NCBI GenBank assembly: GCA_963827235.1
Contig: CAWHAE010000008.1
Span: forward strand, 288,001 to 352,000
DNA length: 64,000 nt
Origin: an uncultured bacterium
GTDB taxonomy: Bacteria; Chloroflexota; UBA5177; JANWHV01
Direction: 5' to 3'
Of this stretch, positions 61,501 to 64,000 are shown piece after piece. The notes below the pieces were generated by a model. It worked only from the letters and a program-made list of their open reading frames with translations. It had not been told where the DNA came from and made no database searches. Numbering within the stretch: position 1 is the stretch's first letter; every line of letters starts with the position of its first letter. A program made the position numbers and the translations under genes.

Positions 61501-63750
61501 CTAGGGGCCGGCCTCTACGCCAAGGACAGAGTCAAGAGCGGACTTATAGGCCCGATACAGGCTCTCCAGCTCGAGCGCGAACAGCCCGTTCCAGGTTAAG
61601 GTGGTTCCGTCCACCCTGCCCTTTCGGTGCAGAGGAACGTCATAGGCGTCCGCCAGCGCCTCGAGGCGGGGCAGGTCGCTGTGGTGCAGGCTGACGACAA
61701 TGCGCGACGGGCCCTCGCCGAAGAGCGCCACGTTGCGCCGTCCTTCGGGAATCGGGTCGACGATCTCGGCGCCAAGTCCACCGGCCAAGGCACTCTCCAC
61801 CAGAGCAACGGCGATCCCGCCTTCACTGCAGTCGTGGGCGGACTGTAGAATCGCAGCCTCGACTGCCTTGCGGCAGACGAGCTGGACGCGGCATTCCAGA
61901 TCGATGTCCAGCGGGGCTGGCTGCCCGCAGGGAGAGAGACCCCGCGCTTGAGCGTACACGCTGCCGGCCAACGAGACGTCGTCGGGACCGATCAACACGA
62001 TGACGTCATCCTCGTACTTGAACCCCGGCGTGCAGATCCGGCGCAGGTCCGCTATGTGCCCGGCCATGCCCACCACGGGCGTGGGGTAAATGGCTCCAAG
62101 CTGGCTTTCGTTGTACAGACTGACGTTGCCGCTGACCACGGGAATAGACAGTGACACGCAGGCGTCCGCCATGCCTGAGATTGCCTGCTCGAGCTGGTAA
62201 TACACCTCGGGCTTCTCGGGGTTGCCGAAGTTCAAGCAGTCGGTCACGCACAGCGGCCGCGCCCCCACGCAGGCAAGGTTGCGGGCCGCCTCGAGCACCG
62301 CGATTGCCCCGCCCGTATACGGCTCGAGGAAACAGCGACGTCCGTCGCCATCGATAGTCAGGGCGACGGCATCCTGCCTCCCCTTGAGGCGCAGGACGGC
62401 AGCGTCGGCTCCGGGAGGTACCACTGTATTGGTCTGGATCGTGTGATCGTATTGGCGCCATACGCGTTGCTTGCTGCCGATATTGGGATGTGCGAGCAGT
62501 GCGAGCAGATCCTCACAGAGATCGGGGCCGTCGGGTAGGACAAGTGCCGTGGCACGCAAGCGCTGTATCTCAGGGTCTTCTCTGCCCTCCAATACATAGG
62601 CCGGGCATTGTTCGGTAAACAGCTTGACCGGCACTTCGGCTACTACTTCCGCGCCGTCACGGATGCGAACGAGGCCATCGTTTGTTATAGCCCCTATCAC
62701 TGCGTGAGGTAGCTCCCAACGATCAAGCACGGACTCCACCGCGCCGAGGTGCCGCGGCTCCACGGCGACGAGCATGCGCTCCTGGCTCTCACTGAGCATC
62801 AGCTCGTAGGCAGTCATCATTGGCGCACGCCTTGGCACTAGCGCTAGGTCGATGGCGACGCCGGATCCGGTCTTATCCGCCATCTCCACGGTGGAGCTCG
62901 TCAGTCCGGCGGCGCCGAGGTCTTGCATGCCGGCGATAATAGCTCTGTTCCGCAGCTCAAGACACGCTTCCATGAGCAGCTTCTCGGTCAGCGGATCGCC
63001 AACCTGCACAGCCGGCCGGCGTTCTTCGGACTTCTCGTCAAGCTCCACGGAGGCAAACGTAGCGCCATGAATGCCGTCGCGTCCGGTAGCCGCGCCAACG
63101 AGCACGAGCAGGTTGCCGTCAGCGCCCGCGTGAGTGCGCACGATTCCTGCTTCCTCGACGAGACCGACGCACATGGCATTCACAAGCGGATTGCCTGCAT
63201 AGCACGCCTCGAACACTGTCTCACCGGCGACGGTGGGAATGCCCATGCAGTTGCCGTACCCGCCGACGCCCGCGACGACGCCGCTCACGATGTGGCGAAG
63301 CCATGCGTCATCTTCCGGAGCTGCAGGCGAGCCCGGAACTGTCGAGGGCAGACCGAACCGCAGAGAATCCAGCATGGCGATCGGCCTCGCGCCCATGGTG
63401 AAGATGTCGCGTAGAATGCCGCCGACTCCCGTCGCCGCGCCCTGGTACGGCTCGATAGCGCTGGGATGATTGTGGCTCTCGACCTTGAGAACGAGGGCCA
63501 GGCCGTCGCCGAGACTTACCGCGCCTGCATTCTCTCCGGGTCCTTGCAAGACCGCCGATCCGCCAGTAGGAAACCGCTTGAGAAGCGGGCGCGAGTGCTT
63601 GTAGCCGCAATGCTCGGACCACATCGCGCCAAACATGCCCAACTCGACCGCGGTCGGCGTCCGGCCGAGCAGGGCGAGGATCCTGTCATACTCATCCGGC
63701 ACGAGACCTATGATACGCAGCTGCGCCGCGCCGGGTCGTTCGTCATTCAT
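61501..63750 (-). CDS. purL: Phosphoribosylformylglycinamidine synthase subunit PurL
   Basis: MWSEHCGYK, GPGENAG, ESHNHPS, QDLGAAG, LSESQERM, DCLNFGNPE, VSGNVSLYN, HDCSEGG. Confidence 0.97.
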   Translation of the reverse strand: MNDERPGAAQLRIIGLVPDEYDRILALLGRTPTAVELGMFGAMWSEHCGYKHSRPLLKRFPTGGSAVLQGPGENAGAVSLGDGLALVLKVESHNHPSAIEPYQGAATGVGGILRDIFTMGARPIAMLDSLRFGLPSTVPGSPAAPEDDAWLRHIVSGVVAGVGGYGNCMGIPTVAGETVFEACYAGNPLVNAMCVGLVEEAGIVRTHAGADGNLLVLVGAATGRDGIHGATFASVELDEKSEERRPAVQVGDPLTEKLLMEACLELRNRAIIAGMQDLGAAGLTSSTVEMADKTGSGVAIDLALVPRRAPMMTAYELMLSESQERMLVAVEPRHLGAVESVLDRWELPHAVIGAITNDGLVRIRDGAEVVAEVPVKLFTEQCPAYVLEGREDPEIQRLRATALVLPDGPDLCEDLLALLAHPNIGSKQRVWRQYDHTIQTNTVVPPGADAAVLRLKGRQDAVALTIDGDGRRCFLEPYTGGAIAVLEAARNLACVGARPLCVTDCLNFGNPEKPEVYYQLEQAISGMADACVSLSIPVVSGNVSLYNESQLGAIYPTPVVGMAGHIADLRRICTPGFKYEDDVIVLIGPDDVSLAGSVYAQARGLSPCGQPAPLDIDLECRVQLVCRKAVEAAILQSAHDCSEGGIAVALVESALAGGLGAEIVDPIPEGRRNVALFGEGPSRIVVSLHHSDLPRLEALADAYDVPLHRKGRVDGTTLTWNGLFALELESLYRAYKSALDSVLGVEAGP

Positions 63751-64000
63751 GCATGGCCTCGATCATCGACCTGAACACCACGCGCCCGTCGATTCCACCT
63801 ATCGCCGTGTCGCACGCGCGCTCCGGGTGCGGCATCAGCCCGAAGATGGTTCCCTCGCGATTCCTCACTCCCGCTATCGCGTCGATGGAGCCATTCGGGT
63901 TTGAAGCAGAATCCAGCGTTCCGTCATCCCGGCAATATCGCAACACGATCTGGTCGTTGGCCGTGAGCTCGGCGAGTTGATCAGGGTCGCAGTGGTAGCG
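63743..64000 (-). CDS. purQ: Phosphoribosylformylglycinamidine synthase subunit PurQ (5' end outside window)
   Basis: NPNGS, IAGV, GLMPHPERA; overlaps the purL start. Confidence 0.93.
   Translation of the reverse strand, partial: RYHCDPDQLAELTANDQIVLRYCRDDGTLDSASNPNGSIDAIAGVRNREGTIFGLMPHPERACDTAIGGIDGRVVFRSMIEAMHE

Overview
High-GC bacterial chromosomal segment. The gene set (rnj-ftsK, rpsO-pnp, CeoB/CeoC-type TrkA pair, USP-fused GpgS, YebC) suggests a monoderm, probably Chloroflexota-like organism; this is an inference only. Most of the window is housekeeping: hemL, yebC-ruvC-ruvA, queA, fmt, tatAC, an acyl-CoA carboxylase beta subunit, ruvB, mtaB, rplU-rpmA-tRNA-Ala, argH, an EF-G paralogue, rpsO-pnp-udg-rnj-ftsK and purL-purQ. 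There is also a five-gene amino-sugar cluster at 1.1-6.6 kb. The main feature is a ~8.6 kb accessory region (about 29.8-38.35 kb) at the 3' end of tRNA-Ala(GGC). It contains three copies of a ~130 bp att-like unit: an arm-like repeat, a conserved 60-nt spacing, and a tRNA-Ala 3'-half whose anticodon-stem dyad is conserved while the 5-nt spacer differs in each copy. Each unit is preceded by a tyrosine-integrase C-terminal fragment, and these are increasingly decayed towards the tRNA. Between the units lie two cargo cassettes. The first is a tight operon of radical SAM + small GSEHS-motif (DUF6375-like) protein + ~1400 aa Avs2-like STAND ATPase, a candidate undescribed anti-phage system. The second is a frameshift-hidden PIN-domain/TM/HTH protein plus a small hypothetical protein. 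Many genes, including pnp, carry 1-nt frameshifts that are most likely assembly errors. No database searches were run; family assignments come from motif recognition.
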